From Pavona decussata (lineage: Eukaryota), in NCBI GenBank assembly GCA_977016875.1, contig CDRNST010000080.1, positions 4,526,001-4,590,000 of the forward strand: a stretch of DNA of 64,000 nucleotides, written 5' to 3'. Position 1 is the stretch's first letter. The number at the start of each line of letters is the position of its first letter. Shown piece by piece: positions 27,404-38,710 of the stretch. Below the pieces are notes generated by a model, which worked only from the letters and a program-made list of their open reading frames with translations, made no database searches and was not told the DNA's origin. The translations under genes were made by a program, and so were the position numbers.

Positions 27404-28045
27404 TTAATGTCGCACAAAGACCCACACTTGACTCGCGTTACCATCTAAAAAGAAATTTGACATCTTGACCTCAAAACCGTTATCAACAACATGTTGCAGA
27501 AACGCGTCAAGCTGCTCCAGTTTAATCGGGATTGTAGCTTGGCCTCCTTCGACATTGCCATCAGCTGTATTGAAGTTATAAGCAGATCCTTTCGTGACAG
27601 AACCTCCCAGCATGCGAATGTTGGGTACAAGTTGCTGAAGCATCTGCAATCCACCAGCTAGAACAAGCTTGGTCTTGGAGCTGTAGAAAAGTCGTAGAAT
27701 CTCCTGCCCGGGATTGGTAGGTTGATGAGATTTTCGTGCTTTCTGGATCGCTTCTTCTAAAGGTTTAATTTCGTAGAACGTTGCTTCAATCCCAAGCTGC
27801 TCAAAATCTTGAAAGTCGTCTGGTAAGATCAACTTTCTTGTCCTCAGGAAGTTTAGGACGTGTTTGAACAAGGCACCGTCTCGATCAATAAAGTAGTTTC
27901 CCTTCGGGTCTCTTGGCACTTGGCTTTCTCCATTGAAAAACCCAGCTAGTTTGGAGTCTGGATACTGTGTGATGGTGTACAAGGTGGTGGTGTAAACATG
28001 ACCACCGACATTAAGACACACCACTTTTGGAGGTTCAGCCGCCAT
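27404..28045 (-). CDS. KCTD-family BTB/POZ protein, paralog 2
   Basis: 213 aa with LNVGGHVYTTTL...YFIDRDGALFKHVLNFLR. The C-terminal NGFEV...WVFVR parallels YGFEV...WFFLR in the first KCTD. Confidence 0.93.
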   Translation of the reverse strand: MAAEPPKVVCLNVGGHVYTTTLYTITQYPDSKLAGFFNGESQVPRDPKGNYFIDRDGALFKHVLNFLRTRKLILPDDFQDFEQLGIEATFYEIKPLEEAIQKARKSHQPTNPGQEILRLFYSSKTKLVLAGGLQMLQQLVPNIRMLGGSVTKGSAYNFNTADGNVEGGQATIPIKLEQLDAFLQHVVDNGFEVKMSNFFLDGNASQVWVFVRH

Positions 28046-28914
28046 CTCGAGTCTTGTTTAGCAAAGCAGATGATTGACTGAGTGTTGGCGGAGGCGAATG
28101 ATACTGGTTCATAATGCAAGGGTAATAAATATCAACTTATAGTCACGCGAGCTTTTAAGTCAATAACATCAGTGTTTACAAAGACTGACTCTAAATTGTG
28201 CATTATACTTTCAACACCAGGCTTCATGCGTCTTTTTCCTATCACCAAGTTATCACCCACCAATAAACTTTCGCTGATACATTCTTTTGTTTTCTCCAGT
28301 CTTACGGAGCTTCATTTGATATTTAGGATTATATCCATTTTCTGTCGATGTGATACTGCACTGACAACGCCTCATTTGAAATGTAAGTTTATACAGTATT
28401 GTTCCCGCCCGGCTTATAAAACAACCCCTGGTGGGTTTTTATTCATGGATAAGACTCAAGGTTTGACTTTTTCAGGAGTTACGGAATGGTTACAAGGCAT
28501 TGTTGGTCGACCGAATGGGATGGAATAACTTTTTATTGTGTTATTGCATAACCATCCGTGAATTTAAGGAAAGTTTAACTAGAACTAAACGAACTGAATG
28601 AGAAACAGCACAGTCGAAAAAGCACTTGTTTCCACCATTTACTTGGAATTCTCTAAGTACTACAAATAACCTGGCAATGAGGAACCAGGGCGGCATTGCT
28701 CAGGGAGAGAAAACAGAGTCATGCAATAGAGTGGGACCGAAGTTGTTCAATCGGTGGCCCACAGATTTTCAATGTTTAATTGTTCTTAGACCAATTTGAA
28801 ACCCACACAAAAAAGGTGAAACTATTTCTGTGATATTGCAAGACTTAAATGAATTAAGAACGCACAATGTGTTTACCTAACAATTGTGCCCGGGATGATG
28901 TTATTCTTGAGGAA

Positions 28915-29150
28915 CATGTATTATTCAGTAAATGACACAGGCATTCTCGAAAAAAAGAACGAGTTCTCCCAACAGGGGTCGAACCCAGTTCTACCACTAA
29001 GCTACAGGAGCTTACAGGAGACTCGTGGAAACTGTTGGAATTTGAATGTCGATGTGTGGCATATGCGCAATGGAATAAATGTGATGGTCTATTTTAAGCT
29101 TGGTGAATAAATATGAAAGATGTATTATTCAACCAGTGACACAGGTATAC
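28915..29150 (-). mobile_element. Second copy (inverted) of the tRNA-SINE-like family at 17700
   Basis: ATGTATTATTCA...TGACACAGG occurs twice (about 28916 and about 29120) and is the reverse complement of CCTGTGTCA...TAATACAT in the 17.7-18.1 kb element. A tRNA remnant GGTCGAACCC is present. Confidence 0.7.
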
Positions 29151-29534
29151 TCACTAGTTGAATAATGCATCTTTCTCGTTTATAAGACTTAAAAATATAC
29201 CATCACACTTATTCCAATGCTATTATTTAGATCAATATGCATTCCTTCGAATGATCATTGAACAATTTCAGCTAAGAAAATATTCCTCCCACATAGAACT
29301 GCCATAAACGGTGTCCAAGAAACACAATAATAAGTACACATATCATTCGCAAATAGTATGGCAAATGTTAATATTGGTCAGGTATTATAATTGACATGCC
29401 TTAGTTGACACTCTCTTTTATAAATTTTATTTCATTTAGAAACAGTTATTCAATATTTTCAACCCTCCTTCAATACACTCGCCAAAAATTATGTTCAGAC
29501 AGAGTACTTCATTGAATTCACGTTCACACACGTC

Positions 29535-30245
29535 TCAAATTTTTGGTAGACGAATTTCGATGTATTTCTTATAAGTCCCTTTCTGATCGTCGATATAAGT
29601 GTTCCATTTGTGTTTGCTGCTGCCAGCCTCTCTTCTCATATACCTCAGAGTGTCAAGCGAAATTGGTGGTAGCTCCAGAGCACTTTTCGTTAGCTGACTT
29701 TGTTCGAGTTCAGACATGTTCTCCTGATGGCTGTTTGACCGCATCATGACTTGGACCAAGGCTGGCGCAACAAGCCTCCGTGGTGTGACCTCAAGGCCTG
29801 GGAACTCCACAGTCTGTTTCTCGACGATCGCGTTCCTTTGCGCCGTCAAACAGCAATCGGCGCAAGGACCTATTACATCACAATATTCCTTTCCAAAAGC
29901 ACATGAATTACGGTCATTGAAGTATGTACGAAGATTGATTTGATCGGAGAGTAATCCGCCGCATTTGGCACATTTCGAATGGTGTGGGAGGTTAAGAGAC
30001 ATCTGTTTGCCCCTTCTTCTTGAATCCCACTCTCTGCACTCTCTTGACTCCCTCGGCCTAGGTTTATGTTTATGCCAGTATTGAATCCCACCAGATAATT
30101 TATCCGAGTAAGTTTGAAAACGAAGCCTCTCCCTTGCGTTCACTTGAGACGACTTTGGAGACCAATCTTTGTTTTTCCCCGAGGAATGATGATCGTCAAC
30201 CAGTTTAGGCAGAGTTGAACGCTGAAAGCATTCTCTGTGCGGCAT
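29535..30245 (-). CDS. Uncharacterised orphan protein (236 aa), largely disordered, with a small Cys cluster
   Basis: Uninterrupted ATG-started 711 bp ORF in AT-rich DNA, with CAKC and CADCC and repeated LPx(I/L) motifs. No recognised domain. Confidence 0.65.
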   Translation of the reverse strand: MPHRECFQRSTLPKLVDDHHSSGKNKDWSPKSSQVNARERLRFQTYSDKLSGGIQYWHKHKPRPRESRECREWDSRRRGKQMSLNLPHHSKCAKCGGLLSDQINLRTYFNDRNSCAFGKEYCDVIGPCADCCLTAQRNAIVEKQTVEFPGLEVTPRRLVAPALVQVMMRSNSHQENMSELEQSQLTKSALELPPISLDTLRYMRREAGSSKHKWNTYIDDQKGTYKKYIEIRLPKI

Positions 30246-31261
30246 ATTTTCAGCTTGGTATATTAAAGTTCATTAACATGTCCCACGTTGTCAGCCATAT
30301 GAATTTGTGTTTCTTTATAAATCACAAAAGAGACGCAAACAGCGCGCTAATACACGTCGGTAGAGAGAATCCAGTGAACACGCGTAGCATATAGAACTCC
30401 AAGAATGTTCCTTTATACTTTCACCTCTGTTCCTAATGCTCTTGTTTACGAAATTGAGCGGATAACTCACCTAAGTTACCAATAATTAAAATTCATTAAT
30501 GCGATCAATTGACTAAAAGGTCACGCTTGAATTGACAGTCACAGGATTAAAATACTGCGCATACTCTTTTGTCCGTAAACAATATAGTGTTGACACTTGG
30601 ATGTGTTGAATGCTTTTCAATTTTCAGGGGGGAGGGGGAGCAGAAAAACTCAGATGACAGGGTGCATTTTGTTCCTCTTTGCTCGTTTTCTTCGCTGCTC
30701 AGAAGACGTTTCCATGCTGTAATCTCGGACTATGGGACTTAACTTTCAGCTACTGGAGTAATAAAGCATGTTCTTATTCTAAAGCCTTTAGAATACCAAA
30801 ATATTCGGAATATTTTGGTCATCTTTACGTCGTTTTAATTGCTGGGTTGTTTATTAGAGAACAGTTTCTAACCCACCCACTGTCGAAAGTCTAACTGTGG
30901 TGCACTGACGTTGATTGATCACGAGGCGCACCTGCCACTCTCATGCTTGCGCGGTAAGATAAGATATTATTGACGGCGTCTCGAAATTCAGACATCGAAA
31001 TGAAGACTAAACCTTGAAATCGAATACCACGACTCAAAAGATCTGAGGTCAAGTTTTGTATCTGGATTTTATGATAAAAGTTGCTTTTAAAAACATCTAC
31101 TGCAGTTCTCGGTGGTCTGTTTGTCGGAACTCGAGTACTACCAAGAAACACCATTACCTCCAACTGCTGGTGAAGTTACCGTCTGTTTTTTCCTTGCGTG
31201 TGTTGGACCTGGAAAACCAGAGCGATTGGAACTGTAAGCCGAAGTTGGTGAATCGAATAAC

Positions 31262-31687
31262 ATGGATAAGCAAAAGCGCAGTCCAGCGAATAGTAATTAC
31301 ACTAATGACGCAGACTTCATACGCCTTGTTCATGGGGCTTCAGCTTTAAAACGTCGTGGGAATGTGAAGAGGAAGACAGACAATTTTTTGCCATCAATTC
31401 CTCGCAGTGAAAGGAAAGGCCAAAGTGACTGTGATTGTTCATTTTGTGATGGGAATTCTAAAAGTAGAACTTGGAGAGATTCCAATACACAAACTCCTTC
31501 ATCAACAACTCAAGAACGACAGTTGACTCCGACGGGCTTCAGGCAATTCTGGCTACGGTACAAATCTTCTCTTGCTATTCAACCGTCAGAATTTCACCAA
31601 GATATTGATGCTTATTCTATTGAGGTTATACGAGAACACAACGAACCGCATCTTGTACTTCCTGCTTTGAGAAACAAGCTCAATTGA
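31262..31687 (+). CDS. Uncharacterised orphan protein (141 aa)
   Basis: ATG-started ORF divergent from the 236 aa ORF, with CDCSFC, FLPSI and a C-terminal LVLPAL. Confidence 0.5.
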   Translation: MDKQKRSPANSNYTNDADFIRLVHGASALKRRGNVKRKTDNFLPSIPRSERKGQSDCDCSFCDGNSKSRTWRDSNTQTPSSTTQERQLTPTGFRQFWLRYKSSLAIQPSEFHQDIDAYSIEVIREHNEPHLVLPALRNKLN

Positions 31688-31735
31688 TCAAAAATTTGCA
31701 TAACACAGATGATCGATGTCCAACCGACCCTACGT

Positions 31736-32055
31736 CCCGGGGGTGGGGGGGGGGGGACTCTGATATTAAAGGGGCAGGGATGCTGGTCGTCTCGCTTAGG
31801 GGTGTAAATTTTGGATTTTGGTCTCACTTAGGATGATCTAGGCAAAACGCCGTTATATTTAACCGTGAATGTCTCGTTTGGAGTTGCACGCGAAGAAATA
31901 TGAAAATATATATTTCTCTGTATTTAAAAATGGTCTCTTTTTGGGGTAAAAAAAAAAAAGGCTTGGGCCACGCCGATACTGGTCTCCTTTAGGGGTTTAA
32001 TTTAAAATTTCCGACGAGCATCCCCACCCCTTTCATATGAGAGTCCCTCCCCCGG
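31736..32055. mobile_element. MITE with CCCGGGGGG-type termini
   Basis: CCCGGGGG...ACTC...AAAGGGGCAGGGATGCTGGTCG is inverted against CGACGAGCATCCCCACCCCTTTCATATGAGAGTCCCTCCCCCGG. The same end recurs as a fragment at about 38739-38780. Confidence 0.75.
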
Positions 32056-32713
32056 CGATTTGATACAGTTGTTTCAAGAAAACAAGATAAGGGGATCTAG
32101 TCTTGGTGGACCGTCAACTTCTAATTCTACGAGTTGAAAAGAAAGACAATTTGAACAATGATCAATAGAAACTGGATTGTCTTGCTCTGGCCAAATACTC
32201 CGCAATTGCAAGTAAATCCAAAAATGTAATAAACACCACGTTAGCTATAGCTATTTTCGGCTACTTTTTGTAAATACAGTGCAAATGTGGTGTTGACCGG
32301 ATTTAATTTCGTTCAGTTGCAACTCATTTATTCCTTGAAGTTGTACTTTATTTATATATATAAATTTATAGTTAAAGCAATTCAGTGGAGCAAACTCGTT
32401 TTTCATTTTCCGTTATAAAAGCAGTGCTACTGTTTGTTCTGAAGAACTGACGATCGCCACATGAAGGATATTAAAAACTTTTTGTTTCATGGACTCTTAA
32501 AGGACGTCAACCAGAAACTATTTTTTTTTTGGATGGTCAAACTTTTACTGAGTTCCACCCACAAACAGACTCAAAGGCTAAAGTCACTGACTTCGAACAG
32601 AACAATAGAAGGTTCCATTAAAAATTACTTCTCGACAGCATTTATTTTAGTATTATAATTTAAAATTTCATATGCAGGGGAAGACTCGTGCTTGTACCCT
32701 GAAATTGATTGAA

Positions 32714-33406
32714 TTAGTGATTGACATCTGTATGGCGCATGACCAGGCTTCCCCTTGCCCATGCAAATTCTCTTTCCACATTTTCAAGGCGCTTCCACAA
32801 ATCCTTGATGTCTGCGTGCAATGCTGCGAGTTTTTGATCATTTGTTTGACAACAAGGGATTTCTCCATAATCAAAGCTGTCGTCCGTCATAATTGGATAA
32901 CGTGGTGCTGTATTTCCAAGCGACTCTCTTTCCATCGCGTTTGAGGTAATGAAGTTATAGGTTGTATCCAAATCATTAGCCAGCTCAGACGCATTTTCGT
33001 GTATCGTATGAAGCCGTGGATGAAAGCCTAGAACCCTGTGTCGCTTGCTTCCTGATTTCACAAACCTTTGCTTGTAAGTGAAGCAATCTGCCAGTCGTTT
33101 AAGCATCGCATTTCTGCTGTTTTGTTTACATGGAGGCACATTGTCATGAGACTCCACGCCATTTGCAGCATCTGTACTTTTGTTCTCTTCCTGGTCAAAA
33201 GACCTCTTTCCGGGACTGTAGTCGTTTTCGTCCTGAGAGGTACACGCGTCCCAAATTTTATTTTCCTCGAATTTCTTTGCGACAGGCGATAAAGGCAGCA
33301 TACCTCGAGCATAGTGTTTCCAAGTTGGTTCACTCGTTTGTTTTTTCTCAATAAAATGCTCGCCACTTCTCTCAACTTTATTTGAATGCGTCAACATCAT
33401 GAACAA
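32714..33406 (-). CDS. Uncharacterised protein (about 228 aa) with a C-terminal coiled coil
   Basis: Long uninterrupted ORF; the true start is probably an ATG 6-9 nt downstream of 33406. Contains an LHTIHE motif and the heptad pattern LAALHADIKDLWKRLENVEREF. Confidence 0.65.
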   Translation of the reverse strand: MFMMLTHSNKVERSGEHFIEKKQTSEPTWKHYARGMLPLSPVAKKFEENKIWDACTSQDENDYSPGKRSFDQEENKSTDAANGVESHDNVPPCKQNSRNAMLKRLADCFTYKQRFVKSGSKRHRVLGFHPRLHTIHENASELANDLDTTYNFITSNAMERESLGNTAPRYPIMTDDSFDYGEIPCCQTNDQKLAALHADIKDLWKRLENVEREFAWARGSLVMRHTDVNH

Positions 33407-34685
33407 ACTGATCTAATCAGCCTCACTGCAAATTCAACATGGAACTGAAGTAGCTTGCTTTCAGCTCAAGAGGACCTTCCGTATCAATGAACCGTCACAT
33501 GTATATAAAATATAATTAATGAGCAAATTAGTAGTTTTTAATTGAATTCTTTGGGTCCGTCTATCTGCGAACCAACCCCAACACGATCGGCAGACTCAAT
33601 CGCTGTGAAAATTTAGGCCTTATCGATGAGACGGTGAAAGAAGTATCCTTGTAATAATACAAACAACTTTCTGTTATCGATGTATGCAGATTAACTTCTG
33701 GCCGGTCGAACAAAACACGGAGTAACTGTGATCTTAAAACGCCAAATATCCCATTGATGTAACATCAGGTTGTCCATTTTCGCTACCATTTTGTATGTGA
33801 CCGCAAGTAAGCTTCAGTTTTCCACTGGAAAGGATTCCAAATTGGCGGTACAAGTAGCACGTTCCCAGAAATTAGTCAAACTACGAGGCTTTGAATTAAC
33901 TGCGTGTACAAAACCAATATTCGCTGAAGCAATTCTGCGGGGTCATCCTTGGTTGTCATTCATAATTACTGCAGTTACCTGCTCAGTTGTCGCCGAGTTG
34001 TCAACCATCAATGGTGACTTGAGTAACCGGCCGAACTTCGCTGCTTTTCAATAACTTTAAGTAGAGTTTCGTAAAGATGAATCGTTTATGTTCTATGCAA
34101 CAAACAAGTGTAAATTGGCTATTCAAATGGCGGCTTTCAGCTGCCCTATGTTCCTGGTAGTGTTAACACCGTTAAAGTTAATTTCTATTGTTTACTAGCT
34201 GGTGTTCTGTGGTATTACACGGTTGGTCGATCGCCATTGTTATTGACAATCACCCGTTGTCGATCGATATATGCGTCTTTTGTATTATGGATGACGCTAA
34301 AGGGTGTCATTTAAAATAAGGATGATGGTAGGACTCATTAAGAACTGAAGCACTGCAAAGTGTTAAAATAACGTCAAAGCATAGCGATTTGAAAGACTGC
34401 ATTAGCCCTTTGTTCTTTTGGCGTTATCCGTGCAGTCATTTCTTGCTCGCGGCCATTAGAACGGTTTGTTATTGACCGTCAAACGATTAGTTTGTGTTTG
34501 ACTTTAATATTCGTTTCCTGAACTCCACAACTGCTAAAAAAAGATCGTGAAACCTTGCATGCACTTTCTTTAATCTCACGATTAAGACCAGTGTAAACAG
34601 ACGCATTAGTTTTCAAGAAAACAGAAGTAAAATTAAAACCGACAATTAAAGCCAATGCGGACGTGATATTAGCCTCGGTATTAGC

Positions 34686-35050
34686 GGAGCGGTTTTCACT
34701 TGAGTGTCGAAAGCAATTCTTCCTTTCGTTTGGTTTTGCCTCACTACGCTCTTCGCGTCCCTCTGCACCCGGTTAAAAAACGCGCGCCACTTTGCCAACC
34801 AATGAGAAGCAAAACAAAAAACAACCGTGACTTGGTCGCTCGCGTTAGCCTTATTCTCAGACTGTCCAGGTCGCTCGCGGCCACAGACTCCGAGGACCGT
34901 ATAGAGTCCTAGAATCAGGCCACGCTTTCCCGCGCTTGGCGCAGGTCACCTGCATTTGCTTCGAATTCTGGTTGTTTACGGTTTGTGTTGTTTGCGTCTG
35001 CTGTGATTGACTTGAGTAATTACTATGATTTTAGTTTCACAACACTAAAA
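34686..35050 (+). repeat. Interspersed repeat; a related decayed copy lies at about 13015-13140
   Basis: TTGAGTGTCGAAAG...TTTGGTTTT...CTACG is shared between the two sites. Confidence 0.6.
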
Positions 35051-35097
35051 AAATCAAATCAAATCAAATCAAATCAAATCAAATCAAATCAAATCAA
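35051..35097. repeat. (AAATC)n microsatellite
   Basis: About nine perfect pentamer units. Confidence 0.95.
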
Positions 35098-35840
35098 AGA
35101 CGAAAACAGCAATAAAAAGCCTCTCTGTCAGATTCTATTGCCGCATGCTTTCCCGCGCTTGGTGCAACCTTGTTCCCTTGCTGTGTCTCTGTTCTGCTTG
35201 GTTCAGCTAGAGCTCTTATAGCGCCTTCAGAGTTGAGAGCTCATAACAACTCGAATTCTTCCAAAATTCAAAACAAGACGATACTTTGGCAGTACTTGGC
35301 AATGACAATTGAGATATATCAGAATCTCCCAAACGAACGAATCCAATTACAAAATTCTTTATTAAATACGTAAACCACTTATTGTAAATTATTTATACAA
35401 CACAGGAAGGTGCAGTTAAAACATTCATGTAAAATTTTACAAATATCTAAAATCGAACAAACTAACTGAAAATAAAAATAATGATCTACTTTTGTCATGA
35501 ACCGTACTGAGAATACGCCTCAAGAACCTCCCCCGCCCTAAATCAGTCTTTAATGTGCGGTATAATTTTCCAGTGTCTAATAACATTGTTTACATCCCTT
35601 TCAGTTTCTGTTTTGGTTTCACACTCATGTGATTTCACAATAAGAACTCCCTTTATTTCTCTTTATCTTACACTTCACGAACAATGCTTGCTAATAATAT
35701 CAATAGCATAATAAAGTTGTCTGCCTCGTACACTGAGCCGGATTGCCTCATCCAGGAACTCAGGTGGCGGGGGGAGTCATACTGCAGGATAACAGCATCT
35801 CCGATAGCTCCTCTCAAATACTCCGGTTGCTATCTTTCCT

Positions 35841-36120
35841 TAAGGTGGGGGTAAACGTGAATTTGAATGGAATGTTAAGAGGTTTGAAGAAGAGATAAAA
35901 GAAAGAAAATGATTTTTAAAACACCAAGTGAAGTTTTAAAATTAGAATTTTTAGTTAATAATTAATAGACGGATACCAAGTTAGTCCACTAGCAACCTGG
36001 GGTGCCCTTGCGTTGGTATCAACTGTCTGTTAGTGTTCCATAAATCATTTTCTTTCTCAGTTCTATCCCTTCTTAAAACCTCTTCAAAATTCATTCAAAT
36101 GTAGGTAGAATCCCTCCTTA
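35841..36120. mobile_element. Degenerate inverted-repeat element (old MITE) downstream of GPCR 5
   Basis: TTTGAATG..AAGAGGTTT..AGAAAGAAAATGATTT is inverted against AAATCATTTTCTTTCT..AAACCTCTT..CATTCAAA. Confidence 0.6.
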
Positions 36121-36320
36121 ATGTCATGATCCTTTCACGGGAACTGGCGACGTTATAGACTGCGAGACCTAAGGCAGTGACAGACGCTCAATATGGAGAA
36201 AAAGCAACCTTTTTGTACTGCAGTGAGCTACTTGCTTTTGGAGCTACAAAGTTGGACTTGTCACGTAAGGGCAGCTCTAACGTGACTGTCACTGTCACGG
36301 TAGCTATTTCATGACCAACC

Positions 36321-37364
36321 TTACAGTCTAATTGGCGTGGACATTCGACGCATAGTGCGCATTTCAAATGAACAGTTCTTCCGTTTATTGCCCTTCTTTC
36401 CACACGTTACGATCCAAAGAAAGGCTCTTCTGCAGTTGTACAAACGCCATGAATAAATGAAGGGGTTCATGGAACTGTTGGCTAAAATAAGAAGAAATTG
36501 CAAGTCACGTGCCCACAACACAAGGTCACAATCACATGTTGTGCACAAATTGATGACATATATGAAGGCACACGCGGGAAGATAACATGATATGAATAAA
36601 ACCAACATGATGAGTAAAGTTTTCGTAATCTTCTGTTCCCATCGCATTGTGACTTTCTTGGCACGGTTTTCTTCGGTGCTGTCATGCAAACTGTCCCATT
36701 CGCGAACTTGGCGGCGAAATATCTTATAAATCCTTATGTAAGCAAACAGCAAAACTACAAAAGTTAACACGACAGCTGTGTTGGCAAACAGGAAAGCGTA
36801 GTGAAAGAATCCCAAGTACAGGTACGCAAAGGGAAAGCTCAGTGACAGCGTCCACACAATCATACACGCTATAACGGCGCGCATTGTATTAAGTGTTGCT
36901 CTGTATTTGAACGGTGAAGTTATCGCAAGGTAACGATCCACGGTGAGAGCGGCCAGACTGAGAATTGAGGCAGTACACGAGATGAAGAACGGCATGTGAA
37001 CAGAGGGAATGAGCAGCTCGTAGTCGATCAATCCGAGAGCGTTCTTTATGTGATAAATTGCAGACACAGGGTCTGTGACGAGCCCCACTACCAAATCTGC
37101 CATCGCAAGGTTTGCCACAAAGTACATGAATGGGGAACGTAGATCTTTGTTGGGATCAATGAAAACGGCCATGACCACCAGCAGATTTCCCGGCACCGTG
37201 ATAAGAGACAGCAAGACAGAAACTCCGCCTGTTATGAATGGAAGGGCGACTGGAGCTGTAGAGTTGAGACATGGCGAAGAAAAAAAGATAAAATCGTGAT
37301 CCATTTGGTCAGTAGAGTTAGGCAAAAGGTTGTTACCGCAAGGATTAGCCTGTACTGGGTGCAT
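36321..37364 (-). CDS. Class A 7TM GPCR (adenosine/melanocortin-like group), distinct from paralogs 1-4
   Basis: Motifs GN (TM1), NLAMAD, VDRY, CYLP, NPFIY. The first in-frame ATG is at 37364, just after a strong acceptor (TTCTCGTTGTTTGTATTAG on the - strand, about 37380). The ORF track's GTG extension to 37559 is therefore probably intronic. Confidence 0.93.
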   Translation of the reverse strand: MHPVQANPCGNNLLPNSTDQMDHDFIFFSSPCLNSTAPVALPFITGGVSVLLSLITVPGNLLVVMAVFIDPNKDLRSPFMYFVANLAMADLVVGLVTDPVSAIYHIKNALGLIDYELLIPSVHMPFFISCTASILSLAALTVDRYLAITSPFKYRATLNTMRAVIACMIVWTLSLSFPFAYLYLGFFHYAFLFANTAVVLTFVVLLFAYIRIYKIFRRQVREWDSLHDSTEENRAKKVTMRWEQKITKTLLIMLVLFISCYLPACAFIYVINLCTTCDCDLVLWARDLQFLLILANSSMNPFIYSWRLYNCRRAFLWIVTCGKKGNKRKNCSFEMRTMRRMSTPIRL

Positions 37365-38648
37365 GGGATCCGGATGTTCTAATACAAACAACGAGAACAA
37401 TAGAATACGAACCTGGCCTATTTCCAGACTATTTTCAATGCTCGTTGGCACGATTTGTCGGATTTGCCGGAAAACCAGACGTGACCTTATCAACAGGTAC
37501 GTCACCAATGATGTCGCTGTGGGAAAATGTCTGTGTGGAATTTCTAGGAGGGTAGCCACGACATTTTCATAAGGGAAGGCGTTGTCTGGAGGTTCGAGCC
37601 CCTACCCCTACCCCCCACACGTACCAACTTTTACCAACAATCGTACTCTTTCGTGACAAAAACTTGAGCCCCCTTATTATACCTAAAAAAAAAATAAAAT
37701 AAAAAATAAAAAGCCAATGGCGGCAGGAAAAAAGCCTTCTGCCTTATTTGCGGTAACTGTAATTCCTTGCATTATATTTCTGTTACTGGTATTTCTTCTC
37801 AGTTTTTGCTACACTTTCCAAGGATTTAATTGCTGCCCTATCGGTTCACGATTTATCAGTTTTGCGACCTTTCAAAGCGCTCAAATATCCCTTCGGCAGA
37901 CTAAAAGTGACACAGTCTTAAAAATGTAGCCCACTAGTGGCGGAGCGTGTTATAAGGAGTAACCCCCCCCCCCCCGGAGTATTGGTTGCTAATACAGTTT
38001 CTACCTGACTACTAATCTCCTTTTGAGTGTTCGTCTGATCCCAAGCTTTCACGTTTCCAGAAAGCAGAATATAGCTAAAAATGGGTTAATTTATTTATCT
38101 TGTGGGCACTGAAAAGTGTTTTTCGATATAATTTTAAAACTGATGAAACCATGGTGACCTACTAGCGAGCATTGTGTAGGCGACCCGGACGTAGCCTTTC
38201 CGGTATTTTAAAGCTGATATCGACTGATACAACAATCATCTGAATAACTGATACGTCTACATTTCTTACATCTCCAATACAGGCAATCTGACAATTTTTT
38301 GTCGGCTAAGGTACTTTTTTGCATGTACAGAATACACGGAAATTCCCGTTCTCTTTGTGTGAATCAACCTGAAATAGTTTAATTACTTTTGATACGTATA
38401 GAACTGTAAGCATAAGTTGCTTTGACAAAGATCTCGTTTCAATTCTGACGTCACGGACTACTTCCACTCTTTAAAACAAAGGGTAAGGCGGTTCCAAGGA
38501 TGTCCGTTTTAGCAGAGCCTAATTTTGTAGGGTATGGGGAGCGGATTTTAAGTGAGGATGTAAGTGCTTGGTTGAGCTGAGACTTAAACGTCGAACGCCA
38601 AGCCTTTTCCGTAGAAACTTTGCTCCACTTTGTCTGTAGCTGTCCACA

Positions 38649-38710
38649 GCAACCTCGTTCCCAGGGCTTTTCCCCTTGAAGATAGGGAAAAAGCCCTGGG
38701 AACGACGCTG
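38649..38710. repeat. Short hairpin element
   Basis: CAACCTCGTTCCCAGGGCTTTTCCC is inverted against GGGAAAAAGCCCTGGGAACGACGCTG. Confidence 0.8.

Noticed and set aside
37365-37559. 65 aa N-terminal extension of GPCR 5
   Set aside because: It has a GTG start and spans a strong splice acceptor, so it is likely intron or UTR.
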